A stretch of 63,819 bases of DNA, the filler included, from Pelomyxa schiedti (lineage: Eukaryota; Protista; Evosea): assembly GCA_020536535.1 (NCBI GenBank). It is 10 parts of 10 records of this genome, joined end to end, with 100 filler letters (N's around TTAATTAATTAA, not from the genome) between each part and the next. Parts side by side here need not be neighbours in the genome. Positions count along the whole stretch, not along the records: positions 21,102 to 31,683 come from JAHLWZ010000050.1; positions 31,784 to 35,567 come from JAHLWZ010001682.1; positions 35,668 to 53,829 come from JAHLWZ010000319.1; 7 more parts are not named here. One strand, 5' to 3'. The notes below the pieces were generated by a model that made no database searches, had not been told where the DNA came from, and saw only the letters and a list, made by a program, of their open reading frames with translations. Shown here in pieces: positions 25,401 through 35,669 of the stretch; the first letter of the stretch is position 1, and every line of letters begins with the position of its first letter. The position numbers were made by a program, and so were the translations under genes.

Positions 25401-26999
25401 TTTCCCAGAACCTGGAGATAACCAACGTTGGTTACAGTTTTATTCTTGGGATGGACTTGGTGACTCCATGAAAGTAGGGAGGTAGGTGTTGTGGTTTTTT
25501 TCCCTATAACTAACTTGCTCTGGGTACAAACAAATAAATAGGCCTCTTCCCAAACCCGAAAGTGTTGTGTGGGGTACTTCAACTTCATCTCCTTTCCTTT
25601 GCGGTCTGCTATATATGGACAGTGTTTCTGTATGCACCATTGACCAGGAGTATGCTACTGGTTGCTTGAAAGACACTTACTGTACCTATAGTACAAATAT
25701 AGTTTCCCTTAAATTTCAATACGACTGTGGCATTACATCTGCCTTACTCTTTGAGCATTACATGATTGCAGTGAAAAAGGATACCATATGCTGCTGTTAG
25801 TAACAAGAAATTAGTTACAGTCAGTTAACTAACTGTATCTTAGGGTTTTATACTGGGTTGGCTCGTCCATTGGAAATCGCCTGGGTTCATAACAATGTTT
25901 TGTATGTAATAGTTGACACCATTCTTTAGCTGAGCCTTACTCAGAATGGATGAAAGAACTGGAATTCTCACCCGTACTCCACGTCCTCTTGGCTCAATTT
26001 CTTTGATCACTCTACAAGATGATGTATCTATTTCCCCTGCATCAGGCATTTCCAATGCTGTTAGGTTCTTTATGTATTAGACTCAAGCAAGATGTTTCAC
26101 GCTTTTTCTTTGTCAAACCCGTACCTAAAAGCACTTATGTGTGCAAGTAACAATGACGTTGCTTCTGCACTTGAATGGTTAATTGTCACCCTTATCACAG
26201 TGCCTCTGTTAATTTGTAGATTAGGGGATCGAAAACAGATCCATCTTTGCATATATCACTAGCATCATTTTTTGCATCTTATGGAATGCACAAAGAGATA
26301 CTAAAGTTAACTGGGGTCTCTGACATATACAAAGTACACCTTCCCTACCTAATTAATCCCTTCTGTAATGTATGATTCTGGCAAGTTGGACTTATGTATG
26401 AAACACTCCTTCTTCAGTGAGGCAGAGCAAATAGTTTCACAATGTTACCAAGGTATAGTCTCCCATTTGGCAGGTGAAAAAACCTACAGAAAGCACCAGG
26501 TGTTGAATCCAGTCTCTTTGATAAGGATACCATAATTGAACGTGTCATTCTGCTTTCTGAGAAGGCCAGAGCAGTGGGTGAAAATACCAGAGCGGCATCC
26601 TACCTCAAGTCCATTTTACCACTGGATTTCATCAAGTTTTCTTTCTCTCCCATATCTCTTCTAATCTTCACAAGGATATCCACACTTCTTGTTCTGCACT
26701 GTTCCCCATATAACCCCACACCCACACTCACACCCATTGAAACCTATTTAAGACACTTGAACATACATCCTGACACAGCCCTTCCTCTAGTATTTGTATT
26801 GCCATCTATTTCCGAGGCACTCTCATCCGATTCACCACCAAAGGCCTCTGAGAAAGCCTTCAAGAATAGCCTCAAACACCTGAATGACTTGTCCACAGCA
26901 GCCTATTGGTACCGCAGAGACACAACCTTGCTAGAAAAGTGGAATTCTTCCCTGAGAAAGGAAGGTGTATCAGTACAGCTCCCAATAGAGAAACATTGA
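22443..26999 (+). CDS. tstF: TSET/TPLATE complex WD40 subunit TTRAY2 (TWD40-2/TstF-like), multi-exon
   Basis: Colinear matches to remembered TWD40-2 motifs: HAGRPWVAY, GEVRVLKFVDGNICAW, YLVIAYEYRLVFYD, DGNIRIWD...SGHKGEV, LLISGGTDGAICFW, KIKAHD, MHPCFP, RHPTQ and ISHSG-RFAIVTYP. Confidence 0.75.
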
Positions 27000-27119
27000 G
27001 GAGAAAAGAGAACTTTGTAACTGTGTCTTGACACAGCACCAAAAGAAAAATGTTCTTCTAAAGGAAAAAAAATGCATTGAGTATTTAACGGTAGGACCCC
27101 AGGAGGACCCAAAGCAAGG

Positions 27120-27445
27120 TGCTGGCACTCAGACATCACCTCAAACTCGGACCTTAGTCTTGCCCTTCTCCTGGCAGAGATGTGTGGGAAGTTAACAGGT
27201 AACAAATATCCTTTTTTGATGACTTTCACTGCCCTCTCATTTGTGGTTTCGCGATGAATTGCCTGTACTACTTTTCCAGAAGAACCACAGCCCATAGTTT
27301 CGCAAATCTCGTATATCTCCCTAACGTCGCAGCGTCGTTTCACTTCCTCTCTCGTAAAAATGAACGGGTAGATTGCACTAGATTGTGTAGCCGTTGATGT
27401 TGCTTGCTTGCGCCTGCTGTTGAGGTTGTTGCTGCAACAAGACAA
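27120..27445 (-). pseudogene. CAMK-like kinase N-lobe fragment, more deleted copy
   Basis: Same Gly-loop/VAIK/alpha-C peptide as 21536-21850, fused directly to the antisense of the TTRAY2 3' end. An in-frame TGA lies upstream. Confidence 0.65.
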
Positions 27446-27780
27446 AGAAGGAGAAAGTGATGCAGGTAGAGGCGCAAGAAGCAGTCAGTGCAAAAACGGA
27501 GAGGAAGAACGAGTTGACATAGAAGACGAAGCAACAGTAGGTGCAGTGGACGAAACGCGGTTTGCAGAGACCACCGCAACAGCGACATTCGTAAGTGTAA
27601 CATATCCTAGATAGTACACCATCGTGACTGGTGTTCGTAGTCTGCGGGTGTCGCCTCCTCCGCTTCTCGAGGCCGTCTTCGATTGTTGAGAATTTTTTTC
27701 CCTAAAAAAACTTTACTTTCTTCCTCTTCTTCTTTCCAGGTGCTCCGTGTCTATGAACAGAAAGAAGAACTGGTGAGGGT

Positions 27781-30763
27781 TCAGCAGTGGTTACTGACTT
27801 GGGCACTACTCTCCGTGCATATTACATCCAATTTTCTCACGGTCCTGGCTTGTTTACTTTTGGGTGGTGTAGTTTTGGCAGTTGATGGGTGACGCCACCT
27901 TTTTAGGCCTGCTAGTTTAGTGCTTGAAGTGGGAGAAGTCCCTGTAGAAACTCTTGCCCCCTTGGGCTTTGGTGGAGTACCTTCTTCCTCCGACTCTCCT
28001 TGAGTTGTAGGCACTGTCTTAGCCTTGCTTCTAGGAAGAGATTTTATTGGTTTGGGTGTGGATGCTGAAGCGCACAGTTGTTGTCTTCCAGAGGATGATG
28101 GTGTTCCATCCAGTTTCTTTAAGGATACTATGAACCGCGGGCGCATTCCAAGTGTTGGGCCATAGAGCTCCGTGAAAGCCTGCCTTGGAATCAGTGCGAT
28201 GCAGAAATTGCTGGGCAGCTCTCCACAAAGTGAGCGCAGCTTTTCAAGTTTGGGCAATTTCTGCCTGGAGATTACAGCCAGAGCAAAAGTTTGGCCTGGG
28301 AATGGCAGTATAGCCTTGCGGTATTTTCCAATGATAGTTGTAGCACTTGTCCCACTTTTACTGGTTTCGTCAGCATACTTCATCTCCAATCCAACAAATA
28401 TGTTGCTACCATCAGTTTGCTCAAATCTTCTTACAATATCAAATCTATGAATATTGGTGACTGAGTTGGTGGAAAAGGTTTACATACCCTGGGTTTCCTT
28501 TCCCTGGCATGATGACGGGGTTATCCTGCAAGTACGGGACATGGTCCTGTTTGAAGTGCTCTTTCATAGGGGTGAATACGGCCTTTTGTGTTGGGTAGAG
28601 AAGAGGCGTTTTCTCCAACTGATTTTCATTGGATCCTTGGATAAAGGTAGCTCCTTTATAGTGCCCCTCCAGTGTTATTTGCTCAGATGATTGCAAAATT
28701 CCAACCAGTGATTCCCACCCAAAGTGGAACTCTTCCAACTTTTGCCCTGAGCTGCTCCCTGTTGGCCAAGAAAGCCCAGTAATGAGGTACTCTAAAATTA
28801 GACGTGCTACTTGACCATCCAAAGTTGTTTTTGACTGCTGATTTTTGGCCCAAAGTTGAATTTGCAACGGAGTCATGCGGGGTACCACGTGTAAGTTGTG
28901 AACGGTTTCCTGTGAGTTGCAATAGTAGCCAGATTTGATAAGGTCTTTCACAGTTATATGTATAGAGCTGGATGAATCTTTTGGGTTTGGTTGTTGACCA
29001 ACAATATCAGTGAGATTGCACTGGGTGCCAAGAAGAACTGGCTTAAGCCAATCTAGGGGGAAGTCACAGAAGGTGCTGTAGAGTAAGATAGAAAGTTAAG
29101 ACAAATTAATAGTTAACTGACCCAGTACACCTCAGTGACTTTTCAATTTCCGCTGTGATGGAGGAATAACTGAGTTTCGTGGGTTCGGTTTCTGGCACAT
29201 CCTTCACTGCTAAGTACAACCACTCCAAGGAGCGTGGATGACCTCCACAATCTGATATCACACACTTGACACTCTCATTGTCCTTGATGTAACTCGGAAG
29301 CGCATCAAAAAGAGACACAGAGTCACTGTATTTTAAAGCTGGTAATGGAATCCAAGTTATCTTCCTGTTGGTTATTTATGATTATGTGGTAAGTTTATGA
29401 CATCTTTCAATTGCCACCCCAAACAACCTTCCAGAGCTAGTCTCAAGTTCTTTGACATATAAAGCATCCAGAGAGGTCACAAGGGAAAACACCCTTTTGG
29501 GGTTCTTTTCATCAAAATGGTCCAGGACACCCCCAATTTCGGTAAGAATATGTTTGCAGAATTTCTTAGTCTTGACAATTTCGTCAACACCAAGGAACAT
29601 ATGACTTGCACGGCTATCGAGAAAAATCATCTCAATAGCCTGGACAACTGTCAAACCATCAAATTTTGATCCCATCCACTGGATGAAAGATGCATAGCCT
29701 TCACTTTCCACAAAATATCTTTTTAAGAAAGTAATGAAAATGATGGAACAAAATGTGAGTGTGAAAAAAGGATAAACTATGGATGGTGGAATTGGGGGAA
29801 GCCTACGAGCAGAGGATCCTCTTAACGAGACAGAAAGATGCAGGTTTATTACGTTCCTCCTTCTTCCACATTGAGGAAGAATTGAAGGTAATCAAAATGG
29901 GGACCCAAGATTGCACCACTTCTAGAGCAATGTCTTTGGAGCTCTTACTTTTTGATGGAGATCTTCCAGTTTGTGCCAAGCAGTATTCTCTCATTGAGCA
30001 AGCAATATACTCCAGTAACCTAGTTTTTCCCGTACCAGGTGCACCAAAAGTGGCGCACAATGGGTTGCGATGTCTTTGGTCTAGGTTCCTCTGTGAAGAA
30101 CAGGCAAACTCCAGGTACATTTGATAGTTGTCCAGAGTTTCCTTTCGACCAACAAAATTTTCAATCACTGTAGATGCACCCTTTTGAGACAAAATAGGAA
30201 AAATAAGAATAAGAAAAGAGTTTTTCCAAATGATAAAATGAGGGCACTCACCAAACTTGGCTTGGTTCCAGTTCTTTTCTTCCAACATTTATCTGCCAGG
30301 AACTGTTTGATGGTTTGCAGCAAGGTTGCTATGTTAATTTCTTCTGTGGCGGATTTGCTTCCTTCTTTACAAAAAAAAGAAGAAAAAACATACGATTTTT
30401 ACAGAGAGTATTGGAACCTTCTACAGTAGACAACAACAACGTGAGAGCCTGACTCGTCACCGGGTTTTTTGCAAGGAGTGTCTCGAGAGTGTGAAGGAGC
30501 GTTTTGGCTTGTTCATCACGGGTTCGTTTCTCAGCCTCCTCACGAGCCCGTTTATCCCCTTTCTCACGATCGTGGTTGTCCGCGGTCCGATAGGTTTGTA
30601 AAATGGAAGCGGCGCCTTCTTTGTCCTTGGCCCGAGCGAGCACCTGCGCGGGAACGAGGCGGGGGCGGTCGTGGGACAGGGTCAGCCATGCTTGTTTCTC
30701 AGGAATGCTCGGCAGTAACTCCCAAACATTGGCAACCCCGCTGCCGTACTCCTCGTCGTCCAT
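27781..30763 (-). CDS. Crinkler/RHS-type (CR) protein: helical header + CR-NTPase + CR-REase, multi-exon
   Basis: Walker A GAPGTGKTRLL, Walker B FLGVDE and DCGGHPRSL. Removing intron 28445-28487 gives NPGFDIV...VGLEMKY, a PD-(D/E)xK motif. A low-complexity tail ends at TGA 27781-27783. Confidence 0.8.
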
Positions 30764-31440
30764 GTTTAGTTTTTGATTTATCTCATAATAGACTATAGAA
30801 AAAAGCCATTTTTTCTATCTTCATTCCATGTAGAGTCTGTGTCGACTAGGAGGCCTTCGATTGGTGTGTTCTATAAGTTCTAGTGTCCAATCGACTCACT
30901 CAAACTCCCATGGTTATAAACAGCCTGCTGTTTTTGTTGGGTGGGGCAGCGTGCACCTGTTACGTTACCACTGCTGCCCTGTGCACATTGTGTATCTGTT
31001 GGGGGCTATCTTGGAAGTGTGAACTGGATAGAACGGTTCAAGATATCTCAGAGGAGCCAGAACACTCGAGTCCCCTTTCTTTGTGATGAATGAGGACAGC
31101 GGCCTGCTTGTTGGTACATTTGCCCTTCTATCTTCAGAACATGTCTCTGAGTAGGGGAGATTCAATGCAGTTGCAACCAAATGAATTTCTCACCTACTAC
31201 ACTTATTATTATGTGCAGTTTTCAGTCGAACAACCTTCAAGCCTCTTAGCCCGCGGCAAAGGGTAAACTCGTTGTAAAACACATAGCCACAAATAGGAGG
31301 AGAAATCAGCTCATTTGGCCTGAGTTCAGGGGAGGTAATCACCAAATGAGTTTCTGCAGGAAAAGTACAGCACGAAAAACAAAATTTTCTAAGTCAGTGA
31401 TGTAGTTCAACGAAGCGTTTTAACACCACCGCACGCTCCG

Positions 31441-31560
31441 TGTTGGGAGGGGAACACGTTTTGGTGCACCACTCCGTTGTTGCCCAAAAAAAAAGTGTTT
31501 CCCCCTCGCGCCCCGCTTCTGGGGCCGACCTACCTCTATGTACAGTCGTGAAAAAATTTT
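31441..31560. repeat. Non-coding ~110-bp repeat shared with 63003-63112
   Basis: Colinear blocks GGGAGGGGAACACGTT, TGCACCACTCCGTT, GTTGCCC(A)nGTGTTT, GGCCGACCT, CTCTATGTA and GAAAATTTT occur on two different scaffolds. Confidence 0.75.
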
Positions 31561-31976
31561 GAAAAAAAAAATTGACCTGGGCAGAGGCAGGGTGGTGTTG
31601 GCCGCAGAAAAGTCGCAGGCAACTCGTGTGTTGGAGTCCAAACAAGGAAACCCCATCCGTAACAACTTTCGCGGCATTTGTTTNNNNNNNNNNNNNNNNN
31701 NNNNNNNNNNNNNNNNNNNNNNNNNNNTTAATTAATTAANNNNNNNNNNNNNNNNNNNNNNNNNNNNNNNNNNNNNNNNNNNNCGTGCGATGACGTCATC
31801 AGCGCGGTTAATTGGTCGTGCGCACACAACATCAACGGCAGGGATGATGCCATCATCACGGTCTCCGCTCCTTCTGCGAAAGCTGTTGCCGGTTTTTTTT
31901 TTTTGTTACAAGGAGCTGTGGATAACCATTATGTTTCTCTTGCGACTGTTGTTTCTTCCCTGGACCAACAACATGC

Positions 31977-34196
31977 TTAGGAGTTCTTCCAAATGAGGGG
32001 ATCATGGACCCTCAACCACAAATGAGTGGAAAGAGGGAACTGGCACCGTGGTGCACTGGAACAGAATGCCAGGATGTCATCCATGGTCAACTGTGGGAAC
32101 CTCTTCATGGCAACCTGTGCAATCACTGGTGACTGGCACACGAGTGGAAGGAACCTCTCTTTGATCATGTCTGCTGTGAGCCCTGGGAACACTTGTTGTA
32201 TCACTTTCCATGTGAACAAATCAATCCTTACAAAGGAATCCTTTTCCCACTTGAGGTGCAAGGACTGACAACAGAGGGTTAGGTTCCTGGAGAAAGGAGG
32301 GGATGTTTGTACCTCATCAAGTGCAATGCCGAACTTGTTGATGATCCACTCTGCACAGCTCCCTTGACCCCATGATATCATGTTGAACAGCATCATGTTG
32401 AGGTCAAGTGCGATGTGTTGGTGTTCAAGCTGGAAGTGGTTGATGAGCCACTTGGCTGTTTTGGTGGATTCAACCCCATATGAATTGAGCAGGCAGTTGG
32501 CAACAGACTCTTTGGAGAACTCACCCATGGAGACGATCTTTTTGATTTGTGCGAGGGTGCCACGTTGCACACCTTGCTTCAGAATGCAGACAAGAAGTTG
32601 AGACCTCTTTGGTTCAGAGATGGGGAAGTGTTCCATGAGAAGAATTGCACCCTGATACGACTCCTTCAGCACAACTTCAATGCAATCCACAATCACCGAT
32701 TCATCCACACCTTTCATTGAGGAGTGGTTCAGGAACCATTTCATGCCCCCAATTCTTGGAACCTTCTGGAAATCTAACACAACTCTCTTGCACAGCTTGA
32801 CGAAAATGGAACAGGAGATCGTGAAAAGGTCGAGGCTGTTGGAGTTTGGTGGATTCAAAATGTGAAAGGTCTCATCCAACCACGATGCAATTGAGGTGTT
32901 GTTGCTGGCCAACGAAATGATGAACGAATCTGTGATAACCTCTGGTGAAAGTGGCACCCTTGTTGACAACCACTTGGCAGTCTGTGTGTTGTCTTTGGTA
33001 TTTTTACAGGCTGATTGAAACATCAAAGGTGTTGGTGTGAAAGAGCGCTCTTCAACGAGCCACTGACAAAACTGAACACCTTCTGGTCCCGCACAGAATC
33101 TCTCCAGATTCTTCTTTGTGGGCGCCTCAAATGAAGGAAATGAAGAAATTGCCCACTTCATAACATCTAGATTGCGTATTCCATAAACCAAATGGGGGGT
33201 ATCATAAAGAGAAGACATTCCCTCATTGATGAACTTGCACACTTCCACACTCTTGCTTGATTTTCCACACAAGCAGCAACTAAGAGTGTAAAATGTGTAA
33301 AACAATTCACTCGCAGAGAATGTTTCCAGGAACCACTTCACAACTTCCACGTTCTCACTCTCGCATGAATCACTGGGGCTAGCAATCCAAGAACAACCAC
33401 TGAACTTTGGAACCAAATCAAAGGTGTTCACCAACCACTGAGCCAACTCCAAGTGACCCCCTAAAACAGCAGCTGAAAGTGGCTCAGCAAACTCCCAAGT
33501 CTCCCTCACCATGAACCTCTCAACCACCCACTTTGCCACCTCCACGTGGCCCTTCTCACACACTCCCTTGAGCAGGTCAGAAGCCCTCACGTGGTCAACC
33601 AGACTGTTGTCCACCACACACTCACCACCACCATCCAGCCACACCAACCCAATACCCGCTGCCCAGCCACTACAACAACCATCACCACCATGACCACCAG
33701 GATCCACGAGGGACTGAGCCATCCCCAAGTGACCACCAACACACAGCCCCTCCAGCACCCGCATAAACGCCTTGTTCCCCCTCCTCCTCCTCATTCCCCT
33801 TCTCCTAGTCTCCTCATCTTCATCGGCGCCACCACACGGTGGTTGGCTCCTCCTGTTCCTCAGCAGCCAGCCCACGCACAGCCTGCTCCCGGCCTCCGCC
33901 GCGCATCTGGCGGCCCTGCCCCAGTGCTCCAACCAGGCCAGCATCGACGAGCACGCGCGCCCGACGAGGGGGAACATGGCCTCTGCGATCCCGCACAGTT
34001 CCACGCAGTGCTCGAGTTTCACTCGTGTGCCGTCGCTGGGGTGGGGAGCTACGACGACGAGCGACTCGGGGAGCAGCCAGGGGAGCACCCACTCCCACAC
34101 GATCGTCGACGTAGAAACGGCTCGCGAAACCGAAGCGGCCCTGTCGCGTTGCTGGAGGGGGGCCAACTCGCTCGAGTCGGTACTGGTTTGTGTCAT
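31977..34196 (-). CDS. Divergent ankyrin-like repeat protein (lineage-expanded family), member 1
   Basis: 739-codon ORF with repeats LCVGGHLGMAQSLV, VCEKGHVEVAKWVV and VLGGHLELAQWLV. It probably contains an in-frame 48-nt intron at 32265-32312. Confidence 0.8.
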   Translation of the reverse strand: MTQTSTDSSELAPLQQRDRAASVSRAVSTSTIVWEWVLPWLLPESLVVVAPHPSDGTRVKLEHCVELCGIAEAMFPLVGRACSSMLAWLEHWGRAARCAAEAGSRLCVGWLLRNRRSQPPCGGADEDEETRRRGMRRRRGNKAFMRVLEGLCVGGHLGMAQSLVDPGGHGGDGCCSGWAAGIGLVWLDGGGECVVDNSLVDHVRASDLLKGVCEKGHVEVAKWVVERFMVRETWEFAEPLSAAVLGGHLELAQWLVNTFDLVPKFSGCSWIASPSDSCESENVEVVKWFLETFSASELFYTFYTLSCCLCGKSSKSVEVCKFINEGMSSLYDTPHLVYGIRNLDVMKWAISSFPSFEAPTKKNLERFCAGPEGVQFCQWLVEERSFTPTPLMFQSACKNTKDNTQTAKWLSTRVPLSPEVITDSFIISLASNNTSIASWLDETFHILNPPNSNSLDLFTISCSIFVKLCKRVVLDFQKVPRIGGMKWFLNHSSMKGVDESVIVDCIEVVLKESYQGAILLMEHFPISEPKRSQLLVCILKQGVQRGTLAQIKKIVSMGEFSKESVANCLLNSYGVESTKTAKWLINHFQLEHQHIALDLNMMLFNMISWGQGSCAEWIINKFGIALDEVQTSPPFSRNLTLCCQSLHLKWEKDSFVRIDLFTWKVIQQVFPGLTADMIKERFLPLVCQSPVIAQVAMKRFPQLTMDDILAFCSSAPRCQFPLSTHLWLRVHDPLIWKNS

Positions 34197-34354
34197 GAAC
34201 AGTAGAACTGCTGCAGGTGCTTTAGGAAAAATAATTGCAATAATAACACGAAGGGGTATGTTACAGGACAGAGAAGTGTGCGTGTCACGTAGTTTCTAGG
34301 AGTGGAAATCAAGGTCGCATAAATCCAAGATTAATCTGTCAGGCATGGGAGACT

Positions 34355-35567
34355 TCAGTTCCTCCAAATGAGGGGATCATGGACCCTCAACCACAAACGA
34401 GTGGAAAGAGGGAATTGGTAGAATGGTGCACTGGAACAAATAGCCAGAATGTCATCCATGGTCAGTTGTGGGAACCTCTTCATGGCAATCTGTGCAATCA
34501 CTGGTGACTGGCACACAAGTGGAAGGAAACTCTCTTTGACCATGCCTCCTGTTAACCCTGGGAACACTTGTTGTATCATTTTCCATGTGAACAAATCAAT
34601 CCACATGAAGGAGTCCTTTTCCCACTTGAAGTGAAAAATCTGCAACAAAAGGGTGTGAGCTATTTTGTATGTTGTGCAGGGGGAAACGGCAAGTGAGAGA
34701 GGGCATTGTGTTGATTACCTCATCAAGTGTGATGTGGAACTTGTTGATGAGCCACTCTGCAGAGCTCCATTTACCCCCTGAGATAAGTTTCAACAACATT
34801 CTGTTGTTGTCGAGTGTGATGTGTTGGCGTTCAAGCTGGAAGTGGTTGATGAGCCACTTGGCCGTTTTGGTGGATTCAATTCCGAATGAATTGACCAGGC
34901 ACTTTGCAACAGACTCTTTGGAGAACTCACCCATGAAAATGATCTTTTTGATTTGTGAGAGTGTGCCGTGTCGCACACCTTGCTTCAGAATGTGAACAAG
35001 AAGTTGAGACCTCTTTGGTTCAGAGATGTGGAAGTGTTCCATCAGGAGGATTGCAGTGCAAGATGATGGCTCGTTCCCCCAGGCTTCAATGCAATCCACA
35101 ATCACCGATTCATCCACACCTTTCATCGAGGAGTGGTTCAGGAACCATTTCATGCCCCCAACTCTTGTGCAATAAGGCTTAAGCTTATTGCACAGCTTGA
35201 CGAAAATGGAACAGGAGATCGTGAAAAGGTCGAGGCTGTTGGAGTTTGGTGGATTCAAAATGTGAAAGGTCTCATCCAACCACGATGCAATTGAGGTGCG
35301 GTTGCTGGCCAAAGAACTGATGAACGAATCTGTGATAACCTCTGGTGAAAGTGGCACCCTTGTTGACAACCACTTGGCAGTTTGCACGTTGTCTGTTGAA
35401 TTTCGGCAGGCTGATTGAAAAATCGATGGTGTTGGTGTGAAAGACCGCTCCTCAACGAGCCACTGGCAAAACTGAACACCTTCTGGTCCTGAACAAAGCC
35501 TCTCCAGGTTTTCTTTTGTGGGAGCGGTGGTTGAAGGGAATGCAGACATTGCCCACTTCAGAACAGC
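34355..35567 (-). CDS. Tandem paralog of member 1, 5' truncated by scaffold end
   Basis: High identity to the C-terminal half of 31977-34196 (GPEGVQFCQWLVEERSFTPTP, KWEKDSF.IDLFTWK), with an intron at the equivalent position. Confidence 0.85.
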
Positions 35568-35669
35568 NNNNNNNNNNNNNNNNNNNNNNNNNNNNNNNNN
35601 NNNNNNNNNNNTTAATTAATTAANNNNNNNNNNNNNNNNNNNNNNNNNNNNNNNNNNNNNNNNNNNNGA

